Of a DNA stretch of 64,000 bases, positions 11,801-26,526 are shown one piece after another. Location of the stretch: assembly GCA_050084515.1 (NCBI GenBank), contig CM114271.1, positions 15,810,001 through 15,874,000 of the forward strand. Direction: 5' to 3'. Made by a program: the position numbers and the translations under genes. The stretch comes from Blasia pusilla (lineage: Eukaryota). Positions within the stretch are counted from its first letter, which is position 1. Every line of letters begins with the position of its first letter. The notes beneath the pieces are model-generated. The model had not been told where the DNA came from and searched no databases. It was given only the letters and a program-made list of their open reading frames with translations.

Positions 11801-14409
11801 CGATACACTTACGTAAAAGAACAAGGGTCGTATACTCATGTCACCCTAGAGGAAACCATTTCCCACGTGAAAAAAATTGGATAACGGGAACGAACGGTAT
11901 TCTTTTCGTATGGAGTAAAAGTTCTCGTAACATGAACGAAGCGTGGATGACCTTCCCATATGCCTCCCGTTAGTCCTTTGAAACGTTGTTTTCATGTGCC
12001 CACTAACGAAAAAAAACTAGGAGGAATTCTAATTCTTCTAATCTATTGAACCGTGCGGATTTCATAAAATTCTCGAGCTTTCTCCATCGGACTACACTCT
12101 AATGACATTTTGATCGGTTCCGGATAAAATCTATGTCTTAATACTCTTTGATCACGATCACATGAATGTCACATCCGGATCTCTCGTGCAGCACCCTTGG
12201 GATGGGCTATGTGCCCACTTTGAACTCGGATACCCGCTGAGATTTAGTATACCGACTTTGCTCGATCCAACCAGCCCATCCCCTCTCGCATCTTCTTGGG
12301 AAGGGTATGTATGGACGGACGTCATGGGCAAAAGGCTTCCGGCTAGATAAGTATTTCGAAAGCTGAGCATTGGCAGGAATCTGATGCTTCCCCTTATCCA
12401 TTCATCATCATCTTATTGGCTTGCTAAAATTGTGACACTGTGGGAATGTTTGCCCCCGTGTCGTACGCCGACCAGACCACCGGAACTTTTCGGCGTGAAA
12501 AATCATCAGCGTCCAATGGAGTGAAACGCGGATCTGTCTTCATATCCGCCAAGAGAAACGAATAGGAATCCACTGTGGGAATGTTCTTTTGACTTGATCG
12601 GTATACTATGGCCGGTGAAAATAGACAGTCAAACTGCTCTCCGTTCATCGACCCGCTTTTGCGCCAGCCAATGGGTGTCCTCCAAACCTTCTTTTGACTG
12701 CACTCTCACGCGAAGAAAGTTCAGTGTACACTCCTACTCTCAATCCAAAGTTCCAAACAACAAAATATTTTGTAGAGTTATTCTCAAGTTCTCAACTACT
12801 GCCAGAGAAGCGAGCGATGGGTAGCTCGAAGGCAGAGTTTGTACTTTGACCGGATCTTGTAGCATTAAGATGAGACCCGGACCAAGTCAGCCCGACTGCG
12901 CCACATAGGTAAAGATCTCCGGCCTACCTGCGTAGCGCTCATGCGTTCTGAGCCGGCTGTACTGAGGTCCATGTTCTTCAGGGCCGTGCGGGCAGCGAGG
13001 AAAACATTTCGGGACCAAATACAAATATTACACCATGCGGACACGAGGCACCTGGTCTCCAGAATTACCCCTCGCACGCAGATCCTGCCCACTGCAACGG
13101 CGCCACCGCACAGCCTGGCCACTGACAACTCCAGTCGAAGGCCCGGAGCGCAAAGAAGCTCGGGTCAGTTTCGTTTTCTGCCCTTCATACATGTGCTTTT
13201 AATTCCTTCATCGTGAAGAAATATTTGTGTCCGTGCTCTGGACGGGATAGTTTCGCTTTCAGCTGAATTTTCCTTTGTTACAAAAGGACATGTGTCCTGT
13301 AATCCCGACATGTGATAGGATTTTGGAATGGTTCTTTTTAAGAAATAAAAATCTATGCAATTATTCGCATGACATATATATTTATGGGGTTAGATTTTGA
13401 AGATTCACACATTATACAGCATGCTAGTGAGGTGGTACACCATTGCATGATATGTAATAGGCGGTGGATGTAAAATTAAATTTGTATTTTCAAATTTGGT
13501 GCCATTACTCTAGGGATGAGGGAGGCATCACGATCATTTTGAGAGTGCATTTTTCCCGTTATCTACCACTTTGTGGGTCTTTTTCGAGCTCACTCTACTT
13601 TGTGACCATTCTGAATTCATGACGTTTGCGAGTTCTTTGCAAGTCTTCTCCATTTACGAGTGGTAGGAGAGGAAACTAACATGGAAAGACCTCGCATTGC
13701 TACTTGTGAGTGTAACTCGTAATCCATGAATTTTGTAACTTTCATTTTGGGACTTGTGAGAATCGTAAAGTACTCGTGATTCAAAAGTGTACTCACAAAC
13801 CAAATAGTTTGCAAGTGCTTTGCAAGTTTCTAGACTTGCAAAGCGTTTGCAAGAACTCAAAAAATGACTTGTAAAAAGAACTTCAAATGGAGTCTCAAAC
13901 AACAAACAAATAATTAAAACTCACCAATAAATTCCCTTTTTGCCTCCATGACTCTTCTTTTTTGCTTTTCCTTCCTAGTTTCCAAACTCCTCTTCTCACT
14001 TTTGAGCTAGTTTCTTCCTTAAGTGGGGTTTAGTCTTGAGTTTTTTCACGGTACGAACATTTCTTTTAATGTTGTAAGATAAAATACATGGACAAGTAAA
14101 AGTCATAGTACTATATTTTTTTCTTGATCATTGATTTTAATTTAAATCCTCTTACTATGTTTTCAATATGATTTTAATACTAATTATGTTGTGTTGTGGT
14201 GATTTCTAGTACAAATATTATGGCTTATATCCAAGAGGATCAAATAAAGGTATCATGCCGCGATTCGAGATCAATAACCTAGAAATTTTTACTTTTTCTA
14301 AATAATAAGAAATGAATAAAAAGAGTAAAAGGAAAGTAACCTCAAAGGAGCCTAATGCATTTCATAGAGTCTGGAAGCCTCTGGCATTGCAACCTGGATC
14401 GTGTAGCAA

Positions 14410-16184
14410 TGCTCATTATATGGGATGAAGCATGAGCTCCTACGACTCATGGCTATGCATTTGAGATAGTGAATTGCACTTTATAAGATATGATGGGGGT
14501 GGTCTCTACTGAACTACGACAAGTACCATTTAATTATATTTAGTGGCAAACTCATGATATTTGGTGATGACTTTCATCAAATCTTGCGTGTTGTTCATCA
14601 TGGGGATCATCGAAAAATCATTTGAGCCAATATAAAGAGGTCACCTCTATGGTTTTATATAAAGGTGATGAACTTGACAAAAAATATGTGAGTACAAAGA
14701 TTAGGAGGTTTTTTGTATGTTGTCCAACAAGCTTTTGCTAATTGGTTATTGGAAGTAGGAGAGGGTTATATACCTTTGCACACTCATTTGGGAGATGAGT
14801 CCAAGGTTACACGGAAATGAACAAGGCCAGACATATACACGGACATGCCGTCTGAGTACCCGCGGTTAGCATTCGAGCCCATAGCGTAGATCCGGGCTGG
14901 CCAAGCTCGCTATGGTTTTATGGCCCGTGCACAGCTCGCACTAACATGCGGCAAGCCTGCAGGGCGGGATGGGCACCCCTTGGGCGAATTAGGCCCGCGC
15001 AAGGCTCACAGCCCACACCTGAGGTCCGCCCAAAGAGGGCGTAGCCTGCCCTACGGGCATGTCAACTTGACTACAAGCTTGTCGCATGCTCGAGCGGGCC
15101 ACACAACTAGTGCAAGCTCCGCCATCTTGGGTCTTGACTCAGGTGCTTAACTGTAGGCCCTAGGTACTAGGTACTTGGGCCCACACAAACATATCTATCC
15201 TCAAGACGCCCATGAGTCCAAGGATACGGACTTTGTTTGTATGCAAACATGGAGATGACTTTATATGATTACCATCATAAATCGTTACTAAAAGTTTTAA
15301 GATATTATGTGATCTTATTAACATTGGAAATCAATAAACCAGATTTTATGATATTGATTTCTTAGAGATGCAACTATTTCGACACCGGGAAATAAAAATG
15401 GTGACGATAGAAATGCAAATATCATGTCTTGGTTTCTTGAAGAGATTTTATCATAATATTCATTTCACAATTTTCCTTTCCAATTTCATGAATTCTCTTA
15501 TAAAGTCTTCTTATCAATTTTCTTATAAAGTCCTCGTATATTATTTACAATAGCATATTTACCTCACCATTTACTCTGTTCATACGAGGGGATGTCTCAT
15601 ATATATTTCACTGAATTTTTTAACATATGCTTGTCTTCTAGATTACCTTCATACTATTTGTCTTTGAAGGTTGGTGCACCAATCATGCTTTTAGGAAACA
15701 TGAATGGGTCACAAAGACAAGAAAACAAGACTAGATTGGTGATTCATGGATTCATACAAGATTGCATAGATGTTGAAATCATCATAGGGAAGAATATTGA
15801 AGAATGATTTTTTATTCCATGTATTCCATCCACTGCATCTCACTCCGATTTTCCATTTAATCTACATAGATTTAAATTCCCTAATCGTCCAACTTTTGCC
15901 ATAACTATCAATAAGTCTCAAGATCAAACTTTGCAAAAGGTTGGAATTTACTTGGATACTCTTGTATTCTCTAATGATCATTTGTACTTTGCATTATCTA
16001 GGGTAGGGAAGAGTAGTTCCATCAATCCACATTACAATTAGAAGTGAGGAACATTCAAATAAAGAAGATGACTAAACGCGAAATGTAGTGTATAAAAATA
16101 TCCTTGGCTCAAATAAAGCATTCTTTTGTTTTTTTACAATTGCATAGCTCTAAATTATTCCCTCTTGCACCAACATATTTCTAG
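14410..16184 (+). mobile_element. Helitron remnant: degenerate PIF1-like helicase, interrupted by a MITE
   Basis: Motifs LIIWDEA, FSGK..IFGDDFHQIL, LSLKVGAPIMLL, FAITINKSQDQTL, VFS..HLYFALSRV and NVVYKNIL. There is a CTAG at ~16181. Confidence 0.85.
14802..15251. mobile_element. hAT-type MITE inside the Helitron helicase
   Basis: CAAGGTTACAC...ATGCAAACATG termini, a GC-rich body and ggacatg/catgtcc subterminal motifs. An imperfect gagatga TSD is present. Confidence 0.7.
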
Positions 16185-18480
16185 TGATTTATCAAGGAGT
16201 ATATATATCATCATGTGCTATTAAAAAATTATTATTTAAAAAAGTCCATTCACAATCCACATTAGATCTCCTCTAAAAATTATTGTAAAGTCTACAACAT
16301 TGCATCCCGTTAGCCAAGACTCCATGTGAACCGATGCACCGCAAGAATCCGCCTTCTTTGTCAAAGCAGCCGGTTGGGAACGCGTGATTTCCGGTTAAAA
16401 TCTGAAACTTTTGGAAAATCCCCGACCTGAAAACTGGATTTTCTTTCTTAAATTGTAAAAAAACTGGCGAAAATGCCAACTACCTTCAATTTTTTCTTGG
16501 AAAGATACCGATATGCATAAAAATGCTTGTAGAGCACTATGTGTTGGAATCCCTATTTAATGTTGGTGATCTCCACTTGTTGAACTGCCTCTTAAAAGTG
16601 AGCATTTATGATAATGAAACATGTAGAGAGAGAACTAGGAAATCCAAAGAGCCTGAGAGAGGGGATCTCATTCAAATTATACATGACATTATGGTTGTCC
16701 ACAAGTGCACTAGAGTAGTAACTAGAGGTGCCTCCTTTTTGGCCACTCTTTACTCATGCAAGTTCAAATTTGCGAATGCTGTATGACGTCTACTATCACA
16801 AACCTTTGTTAGTCACGTCGTACTATTGTTATGGCCACAACTTCGACATGACTATTTTTTGCTGTCTACATGGTTTCAAGTCCAACTTTGTACAATATAA
16901 AGGTTAGAGAGTTCACTTCATAGGTTCATCTATGCTATTAAACCAACATGAGTCGTCTTGCAAAAAGGAAAGATCTCTACAATTCTGCTTTTCTTCTTGG
17001 GAGGAAACCTTCTCCACTTAAAGACTTCTACCATTTATTTCCTTAAGGGATATTTCTTCTGGACTTGAAGACTTCGATAATTTACTTTCTTTAAGGATAT
17101 TCCTTGTGGACTTAAAGACTTCTATAATTTATTTTCTTCCGGGATATTTCTACATGTGTGACAATTATCTGATAAAATGTTTTGTTATGCATGTACTTCC
17201 GAGACCGATGGATGCGTCATATGGCAAGAGACAAGGTGAGAGATTGCAAGTTTTAAACCATCACTTTAATTGTAGATCTTATTTTCATGCGGGGAATATA
17301 CCAGTTTTGGGGTAAGTGCACGCATGATAGGTGATGTATATCTATATCCTACAAACATCATATTTCCACTATTACAAACATCAAATAATCAGTATATGCT
17401 CCTATAATTCCCATTCCATTCTATGTAATCCATACACCATGAATCTACATACACATCACCATTAACTTCTTCCATCATATCCCCAAGACATCCATATCTC
17501 ACATGATCATCTTTACAACCAATGTGACTATTAGATGATTAAGTTTTCCTTTTCACCCTTGGTCTACATAATCATTTCCACAATCTCTACACCGATCACA
17601 GGATTGGTTTACACTTTTGAACAACTTGACTCTAAAACACTACTTCAAACACCTAACTAATATTAAGGCTTTTTGGGAATGGAAGTCCCCAGTTCAGACC
17701 ATGATTGATGCCTCCTACAATAGGAAAAAGCTCCTTCATGAGGATTTCTGCAAGCACAGCTCACTGCATGGATGGAGGGGAGATGGAACACTATCCAGAA
17801 ACCAGGCAATATGAAGAGACCAGAGTATGGAAAGCCTCTTGAGATTCTGTGCATTCTGAATCTCTTCTCCCAATAATTAATTTAGTCTCCATGGTGCCTT
17901 ACTTCCTTTCCTTGGTGGTTTAACTTCATTCTCCATCACCTTCAGAGATATTGCATACTTTTGACTATGCCTTATCTTTACATTCCTGGGGAGGACTTTG
18001 AAATGTACCTGGTATTTGTATTGTTTGGGACTCAGGAAACTGTTCCCAACGGTCCTCTTCTTTAATAAAACAACACAACTGTAAGAGCCATCTTAGCACA
18101 ACACCAAAGGCGAAGAGGGAGGCTATTAAATCTTGGCACAAACCATGGAGAACAATACAATCACTTAAGAGCAAGCCAGAACCTCTTCCTCCTAACGTTC
18201 TTGTAACCTAAGGCACTCTCAGATTTTGCTACCAAGAAAACAAAATATCTTGATAAAACTGCAGATGGCAGGGAAATGACAGCACAATGAAAGTAAAATG
18301 CTGACGAAGTAAGAATAATATTACAAGGCACTCATGACCTAAACGAATTGGCAGAAGACAAACTTTCTTTCTGGTTCTTTCCATGAAGAACCTTGCTTGA
18401 CGCCTGCAGGAACTACAGGATGTGAAACAAGATTGTAATTACAACTAAGGTAGGATACTAGTTGATAATTTCAAATAAAA

Positions 18481-20199
18481 CTAACTCTTCGTGGACGAGT
18501 CCTTCACATCTTCATTTGCCTCATCTCCGGGCCCGGTCCGCTTGTACTCAGGTTTGAGCTCATAGGTACCTTGATTGGCTCCTCTTTTGTTGTAGATGCA
18601 AAGATCATTTAAAACTTCTTTCAAGAAGGCCTACACAAGTGTTCAACCCCAGAACAAATTAAACAAGATCTTAAGAATGAGAACCAATCCTTGCTCCGGT
18701 CCCCTATCATGGTGTAATTAATTTTTCAAACAAATTCTAGAGATCCACCAGCTGATAGTAGGGTCCAAATGCACTGCCATCTTTATACCGCCAACTCCTG
18801 TAGCAAAGAGACTCACCACAGGTTGATCCGTTTCTGTTACAAGTTGTTTCAGGGTCCAGTTTGGTTGTCGTTCAAAGAGCTTAAACACAATATCCTCCAG
18901 TTCTGTCCGTTCTCTTCGGATCCTCTTACCCTCTGGTTGTTTAGGAGGTGCTATGGGTTTCTTCTTATCCTGCAGACGAACCACCACACCAATACCACAC
19001 TCCCATCACAAACCAGGCAGGCATGCACTTCTCCTAAAACTGTAATATTCCTCACATGTGAAAGTCAAACATCCAGAACAAGTTCATTCCTTTGAAGGAT
19101 GCAAAACTTGCAACAAGTCTCACCTTGCTTCCTGTAGTCGGCCACATCGCCACAGGCATGGGTCTCATGAAGCTACCACGATCATTCTCTAGCCTCTGTA
19201 TCCCGTGAAAACAGATGCAAAATTAGTATGCAGACACACAACACATTTGAAGCCACTGCAATGACCAGAAAGCGATTGCGAAGGGACAGCAGCAAGTAAG
19301 GCATTGGCATCTAAACCTGTAAAGTTCTAGTCTTAACCAAAGACTTGTTCAGCCGTTCTCGACAAAGCTTTCGGTAATTCTCATCGCCCAAAGTGGTTGG
19401 TTTCATATCAAACTTGTGCTCGACCTTCCCTTCCACTGACAGCTTCCCTACGACATATCCCAATGATCACGTCGGCTGTTTCAACCACCGGCCAACACAA
19501 CCATCGGGTCCATTCAAGTCATGCAATAAGGATAGCCGCTCGCTCTCGTACTACAATCCTCATCGCCATGGTCAAAACGTTATGAGGACTAGTCAAACTA
19601 CAGACTGCCCGTGAAACATTAATTGAACACCACTGCCGGAAGTAAAACAAAACCACTAACACGTCAGCAAACTGGGGCCCTTCCAACGCACCCCCATTCA
19701 GAAATAGGGTTGAAAACTCACCACCTTGCGGCGTTTCTGAGAAAATGTGCATAGGAACGACGTCTTTGGTGAAATTGAGGTCATAGGATTTGGAAGGCAT
19801 CTCAGGGTCATTCCCTGCCACATCCATCGTAAACTGCACGGAGAAAAGAAGCAAACCCACGACTGCTCATATCAACAATTCCACCAACATCAAACGATTT
19901 GCCCGACCAACTGCACCGAACGTATCAACTTGAAGTTCTTCCCGCAGGTGACAATCAGATTTGCAAGGGAGAGTAAGAGGTGGAGAGATGAGGTTGCAAA
20001 CCTGAAGTGACGAAGTGTCGTCTGGCTGGCAGGGATCTATGGAGAGTATGAGCTTGGCGAGCACAGGAGGCGGCTGCTTCCACTGCAAAACGACTGCATT
20101 CGGCACTTTTAGCAGCCAAATATTCCTCTCTGCCTGTCGCGTTTCGACATTCGGCCCTCCACCTGTTTCCCCCACCTTCTCTTCTGCATCTCCTGCCAT
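18481..20199 (-). CDS. GTF2F2: Transcription initiation factor IIF beta subunit (RAP30), 6 coding exons (approx. 20199-20002, 19833-19722, 19447-19317, 19195-19124, 18969-18816, 18630-18481)
   Basis: The spliced translation gives MAGDAEE...AERNIWLLKVP...KSYDLNFTKDVVPMHIFSE...GKLSVEGKVEHKFDMKP...ELEDIVFKLFERQPNWTLKQLVTETDQP...FLKEVLNDLCIYNKRGANQGTYELKPEYK...TAG. These are characteristic TFIIF-beta motifs, and GT-AG introns lie at the junctions. Confidence 0.93.
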
Positions 20200-22213
20200 G
20201 TTCTGGCCTTCGCTCTCCTCCGCTCTTCTTCTGTTCTCTAAACGTACGAAACGCCGAAGCGTTCCTTCAAGCGCACTCACCTCTAGCAAACAAGGGCCGC
20301 ACTGACACAGTGGAGCTTCGAGTGCGATTGCGAAATCAATTGTTAGAGACGAATTTTTCTCTCTGGGTATCAGTTAGCTTTGCTCCACTGCACCGGCCTA
20401 AGGAATGGGCTCAAGTCCGCTGTGGAGCTGCCGCAACGCACTTTCTTTTCTACGATTAAACGTGTTTCTTCGATTAATATATTAAGATTACTTCTTCCCT
20501 CTTCGAAGGGGCTCCTTTATTTTAGTCCCTTGTTAGTCATATTCCTCTAGCCTAGTGTTTCTTTTCTACATTTAAATGTTTAGGGTGCCTTGGGTTAATA
20601 CTAATGGGCAGCCCATGCCGAAGGGACTAATTACGTTGCACTAAAAAAAATTCTTGCGGCCCACAAAAGGGGAAGTATTTTTTTTCCGTTGTTATATGTC
20701 AAACAAAAAGGTGTAAGCAAATAAAAAAACACTCTCCAATAATAATGATGTTAAATATTAAATATTATTTTCCCTTCTTCGTAGTAGGAACTTCTTTTTT
20801 CTTTAATCCCTTTCTAGCATGTGTCTATGGGTTCCCCATCACTCTCTTATGCATGCTTTCTTTGTAATTAATATTGACCATTTAGTTGGCTAGTTTAGTT
20901 TGTAGAGACTACCACCTTCTTTCTTTTACTAAGGAGGGGTATGGCCTTGGTGTTCTTGACTCCTTGAGTAATCCTTTTTCTAACTTCGGATAGATTACCC
21001 TTCGTGAACTTCTTCATTCGGATCTTTTTTTTCTCCTCTTTCGTCACTTTTTTCTTTCTTCCTTTTTTCATGTTACATCCATATTATTTTCAATCTCTAT
21101 TTTTTTAATGCGAAAAGGTGTGTTTCTATTATTTTCTTCTTTCTTCCTCCTATCCCTTATTATCTACATGTGTGTCCGCAAAGGTTAGCAAAAAGGTATG
21201 GAAGGATGATGATGGATTCTTTAAAAGAATAGTAGGAAGCACAATATGTTCCCTTTCTCCAACCATGTCCTACTCCTTTATCTCATCTTCCCTCCCTATT
21301 TGAAGATTTATTTACTACAAGCCTAAGCCCGTGCATTGTATGGGTTTAAATTACATCCCATGTTTAACTCTCAGTATTCTCAAGGGTCATGTTAAATCAA
21401 TTTCGGGTTGTCTTATTTGTTTAGAAGGCAAGCAATCCTATTGGCTGAAAGTGCCAAGTGTCAAGAGGAGAGGAGTTTGCAAAATAAAAAGGCACTCTCA
21501 AATATCTCCTTCCAACAACTATGTACTCATGGTCATTTACTACTTAAATGACCATTATTAGATAGTTGTTGGAATAGTTGGATCGACTCCTTTAAGTGTC
21601 TCTCACAAATTTTCCTTTCAAAAATCTATGAGTATGTGCGCTTGAGTTTTCCCCGTGTAATGAAAGTGTAAAAATCTTTATGAAACCCTCGCTTATTGAA
21701 TTTTTCTTGTTTATCTCCCCTTCTATAGGAAATTATTTTCCTCTCCTTTTGAAGATTCAACTCTTTATCAAAAACAATAAAGTGAAACCTCCTATCTTAA
21801 AATTGTATCCTTTTCTCTCCTCCCCTCCCCTATTCAAAATTAAAAAATGAAAAAAGTTTCTTTCCTTCTCCCATTGAAAATTAAACATTTGACGTATAAG
21901 GTCCACTCGGTAAAAAATAACCCCTTTCTCTCTATCCCTCTTTTATTTCATAATCAAGATTAATTTTCTTCCTCTCCACTACTGTGATAAATCTTGCCTC
22001 TCTTTGTTTCATTTGGCTCACATTAATGAATTTGATTTAGTTAAAAAATTAGACTAGTCAAAAGAAGATATGTTTGAAGCAATGAAGGCTTCACCAAAGT
22101 ATTAAAAAATGGAACCATTACAAGACATTGCTAATGTCTTTTATATTATAGATGTACAAATTATCCTCGCATGATATTACAAATTTGTTGTTAATAAAAG
22201 GGAGCTATTAGAA

Positions 22214-22502
22214 CTGATGGGATATAACTCTCACACTCACACACCATCATGGAGAACAAAAATTTGCAATGAAAGAGTGAGTGGAAATTGGTCCCCTTCT
22301 CAATTATATAGGGTATGTACAAGCAACCCTAACCCTAATCCTAACCATGGTCTCGAGGTTAAATTAAATGTGATTAACTAACTCTAGAGAACATAATCGT
22401 GCTTAACTAGCTATCCAAGATTAAGCTTTCCTACATTGTGTGAGTACCGAATGTAGCAATTCGGATGTTCGATGAGCTTGACTATAACTCAATCTTCAAT
22501 TA
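22214..22502 (-). mobile_element. Copia-type LTR copy in inverted orientation relative to 27245-27525
   Basis: The reverse complement shares ttgaagattgagttat, tataattgagaagggga and the tatccca end with the LTR at 27245-27525. Confidence 0.7.
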
Positions 22503-23004
22503 CTTTTTGGTTGTATTTGTTTTGCTCATGTTCTCTCTGAAAAACATCAAAAATTAGATGACAAATCTAAGAGATATATATATCTTTATAGGCTACATTC
22601 ATGAAACTAAGATATATAAGTGCTAAATTCCAACCTCTAGACAATTAATTATTAGTCGCAATATCTTTTTTATGAGCTGAAGTCCTAGTATGCTCCATCT
22701 TAGCCCATTCCAACTCTCAAATTGTATGTTGAGGAGGAGAATATGAGTATAAACCAACTAACATTGCCTATAAATTTCCCAAGTATTAATGTAGGGTTAG
22801 GAGAGATACTAGACTCTTTAGTTAAATATTTTAATCCTCGTCGAGAAGAGTATGTATTATGTCTCTTGACACCAATCAGAGCTTAAGTTAGATGTTAGAA
22901 GCATCCACCTCTAAATAATAACTTCGTAGATCAAGTAGAGTCACACATTCTGTTCATAGATTCATAAAGGAAGGATTCCTTGCAACATATCATGCATATA
23001 TGGA

Positions 23005-26000
23005 GGACAGGCAGAAGACCGCATTTTGGGGCATCGATCCTCACGGGAAGGATTGTTTGTACCAGTGACGGTTCATACCATTTGGGTTAAAGAATGCCCC
23101 GGCTGAGTTTCAGAGGGTCATGGATAGGATCTTGGCTGGTTTGGATTTTTCTAGGTGTTATATTGATAGCATCATAGTCTTTAGTGCCACGGTTGAGAAG
23201 CACGAACGACATCTAGAGGAGGTGTTTCGACGATTGCAATTACATGGGCTGAAGCTACATCCAGACAAGTGCAAGTTCTTCTACGACCAGATTGAGTACT
23301 TGGATCATACGATATACCCATGGGGCCTTGGTGTTCAGCAGACGAAGGTAGAGGCTATCTCACGCATTCCACGCCCTATAGATGCGAGCCGTGTTCGCGC
23401 ATTTATGGGATTGGCGAACTTCTATCGGCGGTACGTCAAGGGATTCAGTTTGATTGCAAAGATGCTAATCTTGCTGACCAAGGTGGATCACGAGTGGCAC
23501 GGGGGGATGAGCAGGAATGAGCATTTCAGTTGCTCAAGGACAGGTTGACTTCCGCGCCCATCTTGAAGAGACCGATCAAGGGGCATCCTTTCTAGTTGCA
23601 CACAGATTGGAGCATGTTGGGGCTTGGAGCGATGCTCACCCACCATGATGATGAAGATAGAGAGTTCGTGGTGGCTTACGATTGCGGCTCGAACAACATT
23701 GCAGAGGCAAAGTACAACATGTATGAGGGTGAGTACTTGGTTGCAGTGGGGGTTGTGGCGCATTTCAGGTGTTACTTATTCGGCAACCCCTTTACCATCA
23801 TCACTGATTATCAACCATTGACGTGGTTGATGGAGTCTGACAAGCTTACAAGGAAGCGTGCGAGATGGGCTTAATTGTTGCAGGAATATGATTTTCAGGT
23901 GGTACATAGACCTGGGACGCTCAACCACGATGTAGATGGGTTGAGTCGTAACCCATGCTCGAGTCAGCAAGATGCAATTGGAGCTCGATGGCATGGAGAG
24001 AGTGATGAGGAGTCACTGCCAAGATGGCATGCGTCAGCCTATTTAGGCATGTTGGCTATGGAGAGCCAGAGTGTGGAGACTTTGATGGCGAGGTCTAGTG
24101 GAGAGTCCTTGGATCCCGAGGCTAGTGAGGATACGACAGGTGGCCGAGATATTCATGATGATGGAGTAGTCTTGGAGTACCTTCGTACTGGCAGCATTGC
24201 GAGCATCATGGGTGCTAGAGAGCGGGATCGGATCCTACAGCGGGCTAGACGGTTTCGTTGGGAGGGGACACATGTTTTGAGGGTTTGGAAGGATGGTAGA
24301 GTACACGTAGTGCCACATCCTTCGCAGAGAGCACGACTAGTGCAACATGCCCACGAGGAGTTGGATCACTTTGGGGTGAAGCAAACATACAGCTTGCTCT
24401 AGATTCAATATTGGTGGCGAGGCATGCAGACTGACGTTCAGTAGTTTGTTACCAAGTGTATGGTGTGTGATCGGGTCCGAGCATCGTTCAATGCTCCGAC
24501 TCCTTAGTTGCATCCATTACCGAACATGGGCTTAGGGTATAGATGGAGTTTGAATTTTTCAGGACCTTTGCCTTTGACGAAGCGTCACTGTCATTATGTG
24601 TTGGTGATGGTCGAGCACTTCTCGAAGTGAATCGAGTTGGTTGCATTGCCTGACAAAGCAAGTGAGGGAGTAGCTTATGCCTTCCTTCATAGAGTGCTGA
24701 GTCATTATGGCGCACCGGCTGAGGTGTTGACAGACCAGGGTATCGAGTTTTGTGGTGAGTTCCAAGCCTTGTGTGATCACGCGCTGATCAACCACCGCAC
24801 GACTTCGCGAGATCATCTTGAAGCGGATGGATTAGCGCAGAGAGTTGTGCATACGGTGAAGAGGAGTTTACGCAAATATGGCTAGGAGAGAGGTCACCTA
24901 GGAGACTGGGACCTCCAGTTGCCGTAGTTGGCGATGGGATACAGATTCAGCAAGCAGACATCCTTAGCGTCTTTTTCACTATACTTGCTACTTTATGGCC
25001 GAGAGCCAGATTTACCTACGTCCATTCGTCTAGATGTTGGTGAGGTGTTGGACCTTGATGACCCAGATATATGGATGGGAGCATGTTATCAGAGGGCTGA
25101 GTTGCTTCGGAGAGTGATTCCCATGGCATTCGTGAACTTGGCGATTGCGCAACATCGGGATACGTTGAGGTATGCGACTATTCGGGGTGGTGGTTATCGA
25201 TCAACTATGCGGAGGTTTCATCAGGGAGATTATATCTACTTGCAGCAGATGGCACCGACGACGTTGGATGTGACTGCACGGCACACTATCCTAAGAGTGT
25301 GTGATGTTTTGCCATCCAGTGTTCTCTTGCTGAGGGACGCGATGTTATGGTATGGAAGGACCATGTGCGTAATTGTGCGCTATGTCACCTTCCTAACATT
25401 GATGGTATAGTAGATCCGAGCTCAGCAATAGTTCCTACATGCTTGCGTTGTATGTTGTGTGGTTTTGCTCCTAGTGCGGCCACGATGCTAGTCTGTGATG
25501 CATGTTCGAGAGGTTAGCATATGGCATGTGTGACGCCACCTCTCACTAGGGTTCCTCGAGGACGATGGATGTGTCCTAGATGTACATGGAGGAGATACTA
25601 GGTAGGTTTCAATTCTGACTTTTTTTGTGATATGGATGACAGGAAGGCGACTAACGATGGGGCCACATGAGCACCCGGCCTTTCTGCTCTTGGCGTCCTA
25701 GAGATGTATGTCGTGGTAGGTAGGGATAGATGGCTATCTGGAGTTGGAGGGACCTAACCACCATCTAGGGGGGCGATTGGAGATATTTTGGTACTTCTCG
25801 CCTCTATGTATGGATGCCATGATGCATGGGATCGTGTGTATTTGTGTGTGTGTTCGATGCCAACAATGTATGTTGTATAGCGATGTGTACACGCACGACA
25901 ACTGTCATGACTGTTATGATAGATCAGTGGGATCTAGCAAAGCATCTACACGAGTAGTGGAGGACAGGCCCAAGAAGTTGAGGATGACCTGTTGAGGCCC

Positions 26001-26526
26001 CGGGAAACTTGAGAGAGCAGGTTTTCCCTTCGTTTCGACTCATTTGGAGCCATATAGAGAAACTTACTATTTCAAGTAAGTTTCCATGTTGGGGATAGTT
26101 GACTTTCCACCTTGGGAAGGGGGCCTTGACCCGCTACAGCAAATCAAGAGCAAAGGAGGTGACCTGCGAGCATAGGTTACTATTGAGAGGGCTTGGGAGA
26201 GGGAAGGGGATATACCTCCAAGAGAGAGAGCTTGAGAGCTCATTCTCTCTTTGTTGAACCTCTTGGCATAAGGTGGCAGAGCTATGGTCCCTTGCCTTGT
26301 GAGTGTAACCCAAACCTCTCATTAGGAGAGTGGGTTTGGTTTGACATGAGAGAGAGCGCACAACTTTGACAGCTATGGTATGAGATGGTGTAGAGAGAGA
26401 TTGGATCTTACTTTAATTGCAAATAATTTGGTACTTCTCGCCTTGGTGTATGGATGCCATGAGTTAGTATGGGATCGTGTGTATTTGGATGTGTGTTTGA
26501 TGACAGCGATGTGTATGCGCACGACA
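23005..26526 (+). mobile_element. 5'-truncated second copy of the same Ty3/Gypsy family (RT-RNase H-integrase-PHD plus B-ac-A-B 3' end)
   Basis: Colinear with 40050-43564 and ends CACGACA at 26526. It has the same cacgaca-ac-tgtca junction at 25894-25907. Confidence 0.9.

Noticed and set aside
22325-22346. aaccct-like telomeric motif
   Set aside because: Only about three imperfect units, inside a Copia LTR.
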